A stretch of 63,885 bases of DNA, counting the filler, from Chiloscyllium plagiosum (lineage: Eukaryota): NCBI RefSeq assembly GCF_004010195.1. It is 4 parts of one record of this genome, joined end to end, with 100 filler letters (N's around TTAATTAATTAA, not from the genome) between each part and the next. Parts side by side here need not be neighbours in the genome. Positions count along the whole stretch, not along the records: positions 1 to 15,890 come from NC_057717.1; positions 15,991 to 42,350 come from NC_057717.1; 2 more parts are not named here. The stretch is one strand, 5' to 3'. Each line of letters starts with the position of its first letter. Within the stretch, counting starts at the first letter, position 1. This document shows positions 12,481-26,429 of the stretch, piece by piece. Under the pieces are notes generated by a model. It was not told the DNA's origin. It made no database searches and worked only from the letters and a program-made list of their open reading frames with translations. The position numbers and the translations under genes are program-made.

Positions 12481-13529
12481 TCATCATTCTTTCTGACCGA
12501 CAGAATTAAATCTAATGCACAACAAGGAAACAGCCAACATTTGGGAGATGCAATCCTGAATGACAATGTGAACTAAACAGGATACTTTTAAATGTGATAA
12601 AGTGAACTATATTTTATATACACACCATTCAATCAATGGGAATACAGATTGAGTAGGATCACTGGACCAGAACATTAACTTTGATTTCTCGTCACAGACA
12701 CTGCCATACTTCTGTGCTTGCCCTCGAAGTTCTGTTTTTTTTTTAGTTTGATCATATTGTTCATATCTGGCAGGATACTTAAAATTAAAAGCAGACACTC
12801 ATAACAAAATGTGGAGGGCTATGGGACAGTACAACAGACTAAAGTAGAGATATAGTCGTTCCAAGCTGGAAGATAAATGGGCAGAGTTGCCCACCCTTTT
12901 GCTGTAAATAATTCTGTGATATGTAATCAAAGCCTTTGGAGAGGGGGTAGACAAGCTAGTTCAACGATGGACACAGAGTGCTCCGCCATCAATAATGTAT
13001 TCCTGTTATCTCATGAAATTTCAGCTGCCTCTGAAATGTCTTTTCAAACAAAGTGGAGTTCCTGAGATTTACAGGATATTCAGAAAAATATTACATTTTC
13101 CTTTGAATCTTAAAGAAGAAACAGATTTCGGCCGTAACACAGGTGTCCCAGACACACCAACTATAATAGGAACAGGAAAGGACTCCATTGTCCATATATA
13201 ACCAAATTCAGCATGTAGTCCTGTCAAGGAACATGAAATATAGTGATACGGAAGCATGAAACACAAATAAAAATGGTGGAGAAGCGCAACAGATGAGCAA
13301 GTATCTGTAGAGAGAAACAGAGTTAACATATCGAATATGATGCGACACTGTTCTGAAAAAGTCATATTGGAATCAAAGGTTAATTCTGTGTATCTCTGCT
13401 CAGAGGGTGCCAGACCTGCTCAGTTTCCCTCAATCGATTTATTTTTCTTTCTGAACTGTGACAAATTGACTGATCTGAACGATATAAGCAAAACTGTTAT
13501 CTCAGTTGAATCTCGAGTAATTTGTAACC

Positions 13530-15890
13530 AAAAGAGAAAGTGCTGGAAAAGCCCAGCAGATCTGGCAGCACCTGGAAGGAGAGAAAAGAGCTGACGTTTC
13601 GAGTCTAACTGCCTCTGTGCAGAGAAACCAGAATTAAAGTTTCTAGTTCAGTGGCCCTTCCTCAGAAACGATGGTAGCCCTGGAAATGTTGATTTATATA
13701 CAGAAGAGGCTGAATAGCTGTTAATGGACACTGTTACTAGCTAACAATAGGGGGTGAGTAATGGAAGGCTTAGTGAGTACTAGGCCTGGTGGTATGGGTA
13801 GGGGACATTGAGGAGTTCAGTCCCTAAAATTATTGAATATTTTTTGAGTCTGAAGAGCTACAGGGTCCGCCCACGGAAAATGCGGTAATGCATTTCCAGC
13901 TTGCTTTGAAATGTCCTGGAACACTGCAGCAAGCCTGCCACAGAGATATTGGCCAAGGAACAAGATGGGGTATTAAACTGGCAGGCAACTGGAAATTCGG
14001 GGTCTTTTGCATAGGTACAGCTTGGATATACTGTGAAGTGTTCACCCAGTCTACCTTGAGTTTCCCCAATGTAGAGCAGACCACAATGTGAGCAGCGAAT
14101 GTAGTAGATCGGATTGTAGGTAATGTTGGTAGGATGCTGCTTCACCTGGGAGGTATGTTTGGCCCTTGGATAGTGAGGAGAGACGAGGTAAATGGGAAAG
14201 TGTAACATCTCCGGCAGGAGAAAGTGAAGTGGACCCGTGGTTGGGGGTGGGGGAGGTGGGGGGAAATGTGGGCAGTGAATAATGAACGGACCAGGGTGTC
14301 CTGGAGGAAATGGTCACTTTAGAAGGCGGTAAAAGGAAGAGGAAGCAAATATGTGTCTGGTGGTGGCATCTCGCTGGAGGTGGAGAAATGCACACGGATG
14401 ATCTTATGCATGTGAATGCTGGTGGGATGGTAGTTAAGGACAGGGAGAACTCTTACGCTGTTGCAGGAGGGAGGAGAGATGGTGAGGGTAGAAGTGCAAA
14501 GGTGGGTCAGAACTGGTTGAGAGCCCTGTCGACAAAACTGCTGGGGAATTCTCGGTTGAGGAAGAAGGTGGACATTTCAGAGGCCACATTTTTGAAGTTG
14601 ACACCATCAATGCGGTTGAGAGAGTGGAACTGGGGGAATGAAATGGAGTCTTTGCAGGAAACAGGGTGCGAGGGTGGATACTCTAGGTAGCTGTGGGAGT
14701 CAGTGGCTTAATAGTGGATATAAGTGACCCGTCTATCCCCAGAAATAGAAGGAGAGATGTCGAGGAAAGAGAGGGAGGTGTCAGAGATAGACCAGGTGAA
14801 AGTGAGGGAGGAGTGCAAATTGGAAACGATGAACTTTTCCAATTCTGGACAAGAGAGAGGAGGAGCAGCAATGATATCATCTATGTATCGGAGAAAGTGT
14901 TGTGGATGGGGGCTAGAATAGAACTGGAACAAGGAATGGTCGACGTACCCCATGAAGGAACAGGTATAACTTGGGCCCACGTGTGTATCCATGCACCCCC
15001 TCTGTATGGCAGGAGCGAGCTGAAGGCAGTTGTGTTTGTGGATTTTCAGGAGGACATAAAAGCGAGCTGTGCTATCAGAAGACCATCAGCTCCGGGACTG
15101 TTATGTGGGGGCGAGTGGGTGGGAATCTGCAGATGAAATGTTGTCAGATTTAGTTAATAAAATGGCCTAATGTGCCATGGCACGGTTATGGAACAGAAGG
15201 TGATATGTAGAGGTATCTGAAAGCTGGCACTCAGCCTCTGAAATTTAGAGGTGAGTCCACCCGACTACAGCAGCACCAACCTTATCGGCACAGGCTGAAT
15301 AACACAGTAAGGTTGTATCGAAGCATACAGCATACAGTCTGTTCAGAGAGTGATAGGTTGGATAGGGTGACGGGGATGCAGAAAAATTAAAACAACCAGT
15401 TTCACATTGAAAGTTCTCAAAGAACAGATTGAGTCAATGTAAACGCCAGAGGAATGGGTCTAAGTGGAGAGAGTGTGTTGGAGCTGGGGGAAGGGTCTGT
15501 GGGATGGGGAATGGACTCTTGCCCAAAGAAATGGACACTGAGGAGAAGACGGTGGAAGAGGAGTTCAACCTTTTCTCGGTGCTCTAATTCATTAAAGTGG
15601 GGGCACAGAGGGATAAAGCTGAGACCTTTGCTGAGTGCAGAACATTCAACATTAGAGCGTGGAATATTCAGGAGGGATGGTGAATACACGACAGAAGGTG
15701 GGCTTTGGGGAGGGGATGGACTCAGATTGCAGGGCATGGGTGGGATAGCAGGTTCCAGAGGCTCATAGGCATCTCTAATTTATTACATCTTGTGGGCCTC
15801 GTATATCTGGCGAGCACGGCAAATGAGCTGGATGATGAGGTAGAATTGGGGAATGGTGCAGCCTTGAGCCAATGTGATGAGATGCTATTG
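13530..15890 (-). mobile_element. Penelope-like element (RT + GIY-YIG), decayed
   Basis: LSKGLSFIP, MDTHVGPSYTCSFMGYV..FLRYIDD, YKPTDSHSYL and IYYIRCSHCGLLYIGETQGRLGEHF. Confidence 0.92.
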
Positions 15891-15990
15891 NNNNNNNNNN
15901 NNNNNNNNNNNNNNNNNNNNNNNNNNNNNNNNNNTTAATTAATTAANNNNNNNNNNNNNNNNNNNNNNNNNNNNNNNNNNNNNNNNNNNN
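15891..15990. other. Scaffold gap with TTAATTAATTAA linker
   Basis: 100-nt N block with a central six-frame-stop linker; same structure at 42351-42450 and 61275-61374. Confidence 0.95.
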
Positions 15991-17379
15991 ATCCTTTCCA
16001 GAATCTAACCAGCTTTGATGAATAATCAGTAATTCTTTCACTAGCTCTACTGCCACTCCTCAATACTCTGGGATGTAGCTCATCAGATGCAGCAATATAC
16101 CAACCTTAAGTTCAATGAGATTTTGAAAGACGTACCTTTCATTACTTCTAATTTCCTGCTGTTCCCCATTTTCACCAGTCACTCTGTTCCCTTGCATTTA
16201 AGGAAGTTTCTTTGTGTACCTTCCTCAGGGAGATGGACACAACATATTGCTCTCAGCGGACAGATGGGTTCTGTCAGCCAGTGAATATATCGGAGAACTG
16301 CACTCCGGTGATGATGGATTTGTTACACACTCCTGCCTGGAAAATTCCAGAATTAATCCAGTTTAATTCATGGTGAGCATCAGTACAGTCCTGTCACTGG
16401 TGTGAGGCTGCACAGTATACTGAAGGAGGGGACACAGCTCAGTGACCATCTCAATTTTGAAACAAACTGGTTTCATACCTGACACCTGATCCAGCTTAGA
16501 CAAATGCCCCGGGAAATCCAAGGGAGGATAGTGCACTGTAGTCCTTCCTATTTATAAAGCTTCCCTTCTGTGGAGCCTTATCTCCATTTGTTTTCCATGG
16601 ACTCAGACACTCTGTAAATGCAGTGTATAGAGTCGGGTCACCAGACCGAGCAGTTGGCAATACAAACCCGAGATAAGCATCCACAGAAACTCCACTGATT
16701 TTCCAATGACAGGAACAAGTCAATTCCCCACACGCAAGGTGCACGGGTTCAGTGTTGAAAACTATCTCCACTCCTGAGTTTCTCTACCTGGCTGAGAAAG
16801 CCGTTGCATCTCTGCACAGTCCCACAGTAACAGTTTATCTCCTCAAAGACGCAGTTGACAATGTAACATTACGTTTCTCTGTATCTCAGCAACTATGAGG
16901 GCAGGACCAATATAGCTAATGGATTTGATCATGACACTCAGAGAAGAGAGACGGAGGGAACCTAACTCACTATAAACAGGGACATATCTAAACGGACATG
17001 ATATTCAAGAATATGGGAATTGGGGAAATGTGAGAATAACTTGCCATTTTGTTTTCCTTTCAGTTCGTCATCAGCAATCCATCTGATCACTTCTCATTTC
17101 TTTTCCTCTCTTTTTTGGCCATTTCACCATCCATTCTATTTAAAACTGCCCCCCCCCCCCCCCTCTCCAACCCAACCATCCCTGTTTCCAAAATAAGTAA
17201 TATTATTTACCAGTTTGCATTCAGTTGTGAAACAGAGTTACTGGACTTAAACTGTTATCTGAGTTGCTCCTGACAGAGGCTGCCATACATGTTGAGATTC
17301 TCCAAAACTTGCAGATGCTGGAGAATTTTATTTTCGATCTCCAGCACCCACCGTTTCTTGGTTTATTTCAACTTGAATG

Positions 17380-17740
17380 CTGTTGTTTCACGGGATGCCA
17401 GCATCACGGGCAAGGGCAGCATTTGTTGTCCATCAGTAATTGTTCTTGACTACGGTGCCATTTGTCAAGAAAAAAATGGAGCCAATAATTTTGTTGTGGG
17501 TCTGAAGTCACATTGAGTTCAGACTGGGCAATAAGGTTAAGTTCCTTTACCAAAGAATATCAGTGAAATAATAAGAATAGATCCTGATGGTTTCTGGTTT
17601 CCATGAGTGAAATTAGGTTTCATTCCAATTTTTGTCATTCGAATTTAATCTCTGACATTGGCTGTGGTAGGATTTTAAACACTACCTTGGAGTCACAGCC
17701 CATGCCTCTGAATTACCCGTCTAGTTGCATTATCACTGTA
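17380..17740 (-). mobile_element. Short head+tail SINE-like element in G2 intron 2
   Basis: Homologous to 10515-10900 and at the equivalent intron position. Confidence 0.65.
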
Positions 17741-18556
17741 ATACAGAGTCCTCATTCCCTAGACGGTATTTCCCAGTCCCTGCCAGTGAGACAGATGGCG
17801 GGGACGTCAGTTAAACTACCAACAATCAAAAGGATTTTGGGAAAGAAGTCAAAGGGAGATTGAGAGAGATTTCATGCAAGGTCACAGTTTTGAGAATGCT
17901 GAAATGAAGACAGTTCGACTGCATTCTGCAGCATGAGCCAGTATTCCCAGGAATGATAGGTGAAGGGGAAATTGGTGTAAGTACAGATGATGGAGAGTTT
18001 TGGATGAGCAGTTGTTCTGCAACCGTGTAACTGGGTGTGGGGTCAGCAGAGTCTTCAACACATTGGTCTGAATCTAGCAATAAATAATCTCAGCGCCATT
18101 TTCATTGAGTGTGACAAAGGGGTTGTCTGTACGAGGCTGAGCTAGTTTCCTGGTTCTATCTTATCGAGCTCACCTCATTAACTAACCACCCAATTTCATG
18201 GTGTTCATCTCATTCAATGCCAGCCCGATACTTCAACTCATCATGGCTGGAGGTACTTACCATCGCACTGATGCCCCTGGATATTCCCAGATCACTGGCA
18301 TTGGTGCCATTTTACAATAGTCAACGATTACACTGTTGAACTTTCTCAGTTTGGAGCGACACTGCACAGTTGACCCCGCGCATGGCAGATAAGGGGAACT
18401 AACACGACGATTTTACATCTCTCTACATCTCACTGTCACCCTCTCTCTCTCTCTTTCTACATATGCACATATTCTATATCGAATCATAATTAGTTTTCTG
18501 GCTATTTCACTTTGTCTCACTTTATTGTATTCAGCTAAACACTGCTTCAAAACACT

Positions 18557-18685
18557 TGGAGAAAGTGAGGACTGCAGATGTTGGAGACTAGCGTTGAAAA
18601 ATGTGATGCTGGAAAAACACAGCAGGCCAGGCAGCATCCGAGGAGCAGGAGAATCCAAGTTTCGGGCATAAGCCCTTCTTCAGGA
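18557..18685 (+). mobile_element. Short Penelope-terminal-repeat-derived element
   Basis: gtgaggactgcagatg..gctggaaaaacacagcagg..cagcatccgaggagcagg..tttcgggcataagcccttcttcagga; absent from arm B. Confidence 0.7.
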
Positions 18686-18834
18686 CGGTTATGAAATAAA
18701 ATTTTGAGCAGTTAACTTTTTATCCTCAGCCGTTATCTTGACCGTTATCTGAATAGTACCACTTTCCTTGTTATGAACGTTCCTTTTGCCCTTTGTCTGT
18801 GACTGTTTCTGTCTGTAACAGTTACACAATCTCC

Positions 18835-18940
18835 TACTCAATTGGCTTGACGGCTGGTTTGTGATGCAAAGGGTGGCCAGCAGCGCAGGTTCGATTCCTC
18901 ACACTGACAGAGGTTACCATGAAGGGGACGCTCTTTCAAC
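18835..18940 (+). mobile_element. tRNA-derived SINE head (second family)
   Basis: A-box/B-box-like (GGTTCGATTCC); longer reverse copy at 53770-53962. Confidence 0.6.
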
Positions 18941-19135
18941 AATGGGCAATCTAGCATGGTCAATCCACTCTAGGCTGCACATCTTTATACTCTGGGAGGA
19001 AGCTGGAGCATTGGGGGGAACCCACACAGATACAAGGAGAATGTTCAAACTCCCCATAGAGGGTTACCTGCGGTTGGAAGTGAACCCAGCTCCTTGGTGA
19101 TTTGAGGCCGCAGTGCTAGCCACATATCCATCATA
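18941..19135 (-). mobile_element. HE1 SINE, decayed and truncated
   Basis: V-domain and tRNA-head similarity; corresponds to 46310-46650 in arm B. Confidence 0.75.
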
Positions 19136-19894
19136 CTCCTCAGTTGGTTCTATTAATTGCTTGCATCTAATTAAAGAAATCTAACTGACTTGTTCTGATA
19201 ACTGATCCTGACCCAGTCTTAGATCTTTATCATCGGACACATCTGGTTTCATTTAAAATGTGTTGCGAGGAGTGGAGGAGTGGAACTAGAGAAGGAAACA
19301 GTGACACCCTCCAACCACAGTCAGAACCGGAGTGAAGAGAAATTCACAAAGTGGGAAATCATTCAAGTGGGAAATCTCTTTCGCAAAAGTTTCGGATGGC
19401 TAAATCTTCATATTAAATGGAGGCTAACTTTGTCTGTATTTCCATAGTCAGGTGAATCAAGGATAATGTTGCAATGAGAGAAAAGTGCAGCTGGGAACAC
19501 AATGAGATGTACCATGACCTTATTGACTGGTGGAATAGTGTCAAAGGGTCGAATGGCCCCCTCGTGTCCTTCAGCGCTATGTTCTGATGATCCATCCAGC
19601 CCTTTGGTCCTGCAGTAAAGGAGCAGATCAAGGCCAGTTCGATGGTTAGGCATAGTTTTGGAAAATCCAGGCTGGGTCAGGAAGTGACCCCCACCAAATC
19701 CCTCTTTCCAGGCTTCCCCTCTCTGTAACTTCTGCTCCAGGTGTAGGTCGTGTTAGAGACCCAGATTCGCTGTGAATACAGCCCCCATACCTCACATAAG
19801 GTCAACTCTGACAAATCCTCTGCTCTCCCTGATTTAACATTTTACATCATGACTTCCAGGAAAATAACCAGTTATTTACCAAAAGCATAAATAA

Positions 19895-21880
19895 GAACGT
19901 CAGAAATAGTAACGGAGACCGGCTATTCGGCGCCTCAAACTTGCACTGTCATTCAATAAGAGTATGGCTGATCTACTCCAGGGCTCAACTTCACTTTCCT
20001 GCTCACCCCTTGTATCCCTCAACTCGCAGATATGTCAAAAGCCAATCCACAGCGTCTGTAAATACAATCAGTGACCTAGTCTCCACAACTCTCTGGGTTA
20101 GCGAATTCCAGCCATTCACTACCTTCTGAAAGAAGACAATTCTTTGCATCTCAGTTTGAAATCGATATTCCTTATTCTATATCTATGTCCCAGATTGAGA
20201 CACTCTGCCCAGGTGTGGAACCACATTCTCAACATTTACTTTGTCAAGCACCCTCTGTATTTTGTCCATTTCAGTAATGCCACCCTCATTCATTTAAACC
20301 ACAATGAGTAATCGCCTCAGCATTTTTGATGTATTCAATAAATCAACCCTTTCATCCCAGGAACCAGTCTAATAAACCAACATTTCTACATCAGCATGCT
20401 GACGTTATTTTTCATACAGATGAACACTCCAATCCGTTGTACTGCTCTTTTATTGGGAGTCCTCTCCATTAAATAACAGCCTGCCTTTTGGTTCTCAGTG
20501 TCATCCACAAACTCGGATGTATATTGCACTCAGCTCCCACCGTCAGGCTATCAGTATAGATTGTAAGCAACTCTTGCCATCAGACTGATATTTCTGGTAC
20601 TTCAGTGGGTACATTTTTTCTTAAAGATCGATGAATCCTGACTCTCCGATTTCTAAGTATTTATCAATTGTCATCCCATGCTAATGCATCATCCGTCATA
20701 CTGTGAACTTCTGTCTTGTGTAAGATCCTTTATTTTGTGATACCTTGTGGAAAATCTCTGGAAAGCCTCATGTCTATCAGTACCCCTTCATCAAGGCCGC
20801 TTGATACATTCTCATGGATCTCCAGAAAAGCTTTGCATGATTTTACAAACAAAATATACTTCGCCCTTAACAAGACCATGCTGATTCTGTGTGATGCTTT
20901 TCTAAACGCCCTGCAGTTCCTTCCTTAATAACAGACTCTCACAGATTCCCACCAATAATGTTGAGGCGAAATGGTTCCTGCTTTCAGTCTCGCTCCTTCC
21001 TTGCAGCCAGGCGCCACATTGGATGGTCTCCAGTTTCACTGGAGCACTCCTTTAATCCAGTGAGTTATGGAATATTTCACACAGAGCCATCAGCTACTCT
21101 GTGACCACTTTCAAAACCAGCTATGAATTGCTTATGATCTGTTTACCCTTCGTCTTATCTATTTAAGAAATGCCTTGTTCCTTTTGTTAGAGACAGTTCA
21201 AGAACTTATCTCCTATTACCATTTTGTTTATATCATTGAACTTTTACAGCACCTTCACCTGTGAGGAGCGATGTAAAATACTGGTGGAAATGATCTGTGT
21301 GTTCCCTGTAGCCAGTCCCCAGTCATATCCTCTAAATGTCCTCAATAAACTTTCCTGACTTTCTTTCTACCAAAGATCACACACTCCTCTTGAACTATTC
21401 TTATATAAATGGGAAAGCTTGTGCTGCCTGTATTCATATTTCTTGCCAATTTGGTTTCATCACATCTTTTCCTTCCTGTTGTTTGCTTTATATATTCATA
21501 CAGTTATATCGCGCACAAACACAATTTTTGATCCAACGTGTCCATGCCGGCCAGGTTTTCCAATATAAACTAATCCCATCTGCTTGCATTTGGCCCAAAT
21601 GCCTCAAAACGGTTCCCATTCATATGTTTGTTCAAATGTCTTTTAAATGTTGGAGCTATACTTGCATCTGCCAGGCTTCCTCTGGCAGCTCATTACATAA
21701 ACATCATTCTCTGTGTCAAAGATGTTCGCTCTTCCTCCCTTTTAAATCTTCCTTCTTAAATCTATGCACTCTATGATTACATTTTCCTATCCTGTGGAAA
21801 AGATCTTGGCTTTTCATCCTACCCGTGCCTCCCATGATTTTATAAATTTCTACAATATCACCCCTCAACCTCCTAAACCC
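19895..21880 (-). mobile_element. Old CR1 LINE fragments shared by both duplication arms
   Basis: CR1 3' tail (aagaac..gaaatag) and RT remnants; mirrored at ~44200-45520. Confidence 0.7.
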
Positions 21881-23299
21881 CATCTGATACTAACTTCAAG
21901 AACAAGTATTTTAAAATAAACACTACAAATTTGAAACAATATTAAAAGCGACTGGTAAACAGCACTCAGCCCAAACATCAATCTGTTATTTGTTTGTCTA
22001 TATGTTACAATGCTAAGGCAGCATGAAAATTTTACTAGTGCCAATAAGACATCAAGCACCTGTGTTCCTTTGTCTGATGGCGGTGATGATCTCTACAGTG
22101 AAAATATATCTCTGGCCAGATCTATATAATACCACATATTCATCATTCTCCCTCCTGGCCTCCCTATGACCTTGTGTGGTTGTGTCTTCTTTATCTTTCA
22201 CTCAATAGAGAGAACCCCTTTCCCCCATTCACATCTTAATTTAAAGTCATTTTATATCATCTTCTCGTTCACCACTGCTAAAAGCCTGTTCATCTGTTCT
22301 CACACCCTCTATTCCCTGTCACCAACCCCCCCCCCCCCGCCACACCCCACCACCTCTGCCAAGGGACTAAAATTCCCATTTTCCAATCGTTTTCAGTTCT
22401 GACGAAGTGTTACACTGGACTTGAAACGCTAACTCTTTTTCCCTATCTCTGCAGATGCTGTCAAACTTGCTGAGTTTCTCCAGAATTGAATAGACAGAGA
22501 AAAAAAATCAATTAAACAAATAACTATGGATACTGGAAATAAAAACGCAAATATTTCTGGAGAAAATGGGAAGGGTCACTGGGTTCGAAAGATGAACTCT
22601 ACTTTCACACCACAAGGTGCAGCCAGACCTGCTTAGTTTCTTCAGCAATTTCTGTTTTTGAACAAGTTCCAAAGACATACGTCAAATCTGCTCAAATGCC
22701 CTGTCCAGCACGGAGAGCGGTACATTGGGAAGTGAATGATAATGCAAAGTGCACAAGTTCATTGGCTCTGAACGACATAAGGCTGGCATCACTGCCACGA
22801 CAGACCTCTTAATCATCGTCAGGGAGAAAAACAGAAGGCAAAACATTCACTTCAAACACAGAAGATGGCATTACTGGAAAGAAAATGATTCAGATGAATA
22901 TGTTAAAGTATCTGAGTAATATAACAAATTGGACGCGTGACATCAGGGAGAGACCCTGAGCAGAATGAAAGTATGAAACTGGATGTGTTAGCACATCAGA
23001 AGCCAGGTTAGGTCACTGAGTACAGGGCTGTTGGGTGAATGGGTCTCGGTGTGAACTGGGGGAAAGTCAGTAGAATTGATTTGCAGATATTGCAGCAAAC
23101 ACTGGGTTATCATGTGATGCTGTAGATCTCAGCAGCAATCGCAGCAGAATTGCATTCAATCACAATTCATAACTATTCCCCCAAGATAATCCATCAGTCT
23201 ACAATTATCAGCAAGCCGAGTGTGGTTCAGTGACGAGTGTAGGTGAACATACTAGAGTCAGAACCAGATGTATCTAAACCTGATGACAACCCATTAAAG

Positions 23300-25145
23300 C
23301 TACCGCACGTGACTGGTTACATTCCAAATAGCAAAACTACCATCTGATGGCGAAGTGGGAAGTCAGCCCAAGACTAACAGATAGGATCTAAGCTCTGCAT
23401 TCTTCCCTCATTCAGTCATAAATGTCGATGGACTATTAAACAACTTATTGGAGGAGACGACTCCACAAATATCCCCATCCTAAACAACAGAACATCCCTG
23501 AACATCAGTGTAACAGACAAGGATGTGGTATCTGCACTATCCTCAGCCAGAAGTGTTGAGTCGATAATCCACTTCACCCTCCTCATGATGTCCACAGAAT
23601 CACAGATGCCAGTCTTCAACCAACTTGATTCGCTGTACGTGCCATGAAGAAACAGCTGAACACAGTAGATACGACAAAAGCAATGGGCCCTGACACCATT
23701 CCTGCTATATGACTGAACACTTGTGCTGCACAACAAACCGTGCCCTTGGGGAGGTTCCAACTCGGACATCTGCCTGGCCACGTGGAAAATCACTCAGCTA
23801 TATACATTGAGTCATAGAGTCATTGAGATGCACAGCATGGAAACAGACCCTTCGGTCAAACCTGTCCATGCCAGCCAAAAAACCCAATCCAATCTAGTCC
23901 CACCTGCCAGCACCCGGCCGATATCCCTCAAATCCCTTCCTATTCATAAATGTTGCAACTGTACCAGCCTCCACCACATCCTCTGGCAGCTCATTCCATA
24001 CACCTAACACCGGCTGCATGAAAAAAATGTCCTTTAGGTCTCTTTTATATCTTTGCACTCCACCCTTCAGGCTCTCTGCCTGTATTCCTGATTAAGGGTT
24101 TTTGCCCGAAACGTCGATTTTACTGCTCCTCGGATGCTGCCTGCACTGATGTGCTTTTTCAGCACCACTGTAATCTGGACTCTGGTTTCCAGCATCTGCG
24201 TCCTTGTTTTTGCTCTCTCACCCTAAACCTATGCCCTCTAGTTCCGGACTCCCCCACCCCAGAGAAAGGACTTTGTCCATTTATCCTATCCATGCCCCTC
24301 ATAATTTTATAAACCTCTATAAGGTCACCCCTCAGCCTCCGATGCTCCAGGGAAAACAGCCACAGCCTGTTCAGCGTCTCTCTGTAGCTCAAATCCTCCA
24401 ACCCTGGCAACATCCTTGTGAATCTTTTCTGAACCCGTTCAAGTTTCACAACATCTTTCTGATAGGAAGGAGACCAGAATTGCACGCAATATTCCAACAG
24501 TGCCCTAACCAATGGCCTGCACAGCCGCATACTCAGTCCCATAACAGGGGAATGACTACAGTCTGACCATTTGCTATGCCATCAACCCCATCGCGATAGT
24601 CACATTGGTGGGAGTTCTTTTTGACATAGCTGTCAAGCAGCAGAGAAATAACCTGCTCAGTGTGCTTTCCGATAGGTGGAGATGGTGCTGTTGTGGAAAT
24701 GGCACTGGATTACTAATCCAGACCAGGATAATGCTCTGGCAGCTGGTGGAAGTTAACAATAATTAATGAAATATCAAGATGCAAAATCTGGCGTCAGTAA
24801 CAGTGACGTTGAAGCCAATGTTGATTGTAAACACCAATTTGCTTTCCCAATGTACTTTCAAGAAGTGAATCTCCCCTGTTTTAATGGTCTGGGCTAAAAG
24901 TGACTGCAGACAGAACAGCCATGTGGTAAACTCTTCAATGCTCTCGCAAACAGCCACGCTAGACACTCAATTGTATCAAACTGCTCCGACGTCTTAAAGG
25001 ATAAACCTGGACAGAACACCCAGCACCGGTCTCGGCATTGGAAAAGGGAATGGGAAACACAGTCCTGTCACCATGCAGAGATATCCTTCCTAACATCTGA
25101 GAGCTTGTGACAACATTTGCAGAGCTTCCCCACAGACTGCACAGG
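23300..25145 (+). mobile_element. Fragments of the 1240-3480 LINE family with a nested CR1
   Basis: WTIKQL.GG.STNIPIL and KAMGPD.IP motifs; head sequence at 24690-25145. Confidence 0.65.
23810..24535 (-). mobile_element. CR1 3' fragment with a nested Penelope-derived short element (24062-24205)
   Basis: LEYCVQFWSP, ERVQKRFTRMLPG, RLRGDLIEVYKIM; gtcatagag tail. Confidence 0.9.
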
Positions 25146-25739
25146 AACATCGGGAAAGGCGGAGGTCTTTAAGCACATTGAATCTTCTCCATTCTAGTTC
25201 ATGAAGAAAATCTCCTCAATGCAGTTTTCCCCACGCAAGATTCATAACCCTTAGTATGTTTAAACATCGGGACATATAAAATAAAAATTAGTGTAGTCCC
25301 TTCGGCCCATTAATTTTGCTCCTCCATTCAATATACAAGCAGTTCTCCAATAATGTGTGCTTATTAAACACGATTTGGCTGCAACACGATTCATGAATTG
25401 TGCACCCTTCGTTATAAAGGGAGCTCCCGTTCACTGTGACATCATTCAATCCCCGGCACCAGCTGATCAGCAAAACCCAACCTCAGGGTCCTCTGCCTGC
25501 AAAATGCACCCTCAATGTTTTCAGCTAAACCAGGAATGTAATCCGCTCTGCACACTTTGCAACTGAGCCTGAAACTGGGAAATGTTAGCGAGGTTTGAGA
25601 AGATTTGTAGCTCAGGTTGAGATTATGGATGTATGAACCTTCCAGCCCAGCGAGCAAATCTACATCCAGAACTGGGAATTGTAGTCGACATTTAGAAGGA
25701 ACTTTTTTCAAACCAGGGAAAGAATCGTGGGGTCAAATC

Positions 25740-26135
25740 TTGGGACGACAGAGTGGCTCAGTGTTTAGCACCATGGACCCGGGTGCAATTTCCACATTGG
25801 GTTAATTTATGCGTGGAGTTTGCACATTCTCCCTGTGTCTGCATGGGTTTCCTCCAGGCGCTCCAGTTTACTCCCACAGTCGAAATATGTGCTCGTCAGG
25901 TGAATTGGCCATTGTGTTAGGTTTGTTAGGGCTTTTGCCCGAAACGTCCATTTTGCTGCACGTTCGATGCTGCCTGAATTGCTGTGCTCTTCCAGCACCA
26001 CTGATCCAGAATCTGGTTTCCAGCAACTGCAGTTATTGTTTTTACCTCAGGGGTAAATATAGGTTGAGGAATGGGTCTGGGTGGTATGGACTTGTTTTGC
26101 TGAAAGGCATATTTCCTTACTGTCGGGAATCTATT
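25740..26135 (+). mobile_element. HE1 SINE with a nested Penelope-derived insert (~25925-26045)
   Basis: tRNA head and V-domain; insert gggcttttgcccgaaacgtc...gcagttattgtttttacct. Confidence 0.8.
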
Positions 26136-26429
26136 GTAACTGGAATCCCGCAGTAGCGTCATGTGGTCAGTCTGTTCGCATGCTTTCTGGTGAAGAGCTT
26201 GGTGAAAGGTAGAGTGCTGTAGTCAGTAACGGTTGTGTGGAAGATTTACATTTACAGCACTATTACATTACAATATATGGTTTAAAGATTTACATAGACT
26301 GTGCTGTTGTTTGTGTTAGGCTGACTAATTTTTATGTTTAGATTTTTCCTGACATTATTGGGTCTTCGCCCCTTACTCTCTTTTACACATAGCCCCTATT
26401 ATTTATATTGCACCTCTTTCTATAATAGT

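Larger units (their letters stand above)
13010..18030 (-). pseudogene. G2: class C GPCR (T1R-like) relic lacking exon 1
   Basis: ex2 17755-18030 (cag|T-YTVAEQLL, ISPSPIIPGNTG..RM..C, PKILLIVGS..A...WEIP). ex3 ~16270-17070 (FPIFLNIMS, DAYLGFVL, VYCA, GVCNK). ex6 3' remnant ~13010-13245 (GKCNIFL, RNSTLF). Confidence 0.65.
17860..23082 (+). repeat. Arm A of a large diverged inverted duplication (arm B 42451-55645)
   Basis: Colinear reverse-complement matches, e.g. 23000-23082/42451-42530, 22130-22300/43190-43360, 19400-19760/45660-46030, 18835-18940/53860-53965, 18100-18190/55312-55402. Confidence 0.92.

Noticed and set aside
15891..15990. Palindromic TTAATTAATTAA inside N blocks (three occurrences)
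   Set aside because: Artificial six-frame-stop scaffolding linker, not biological.
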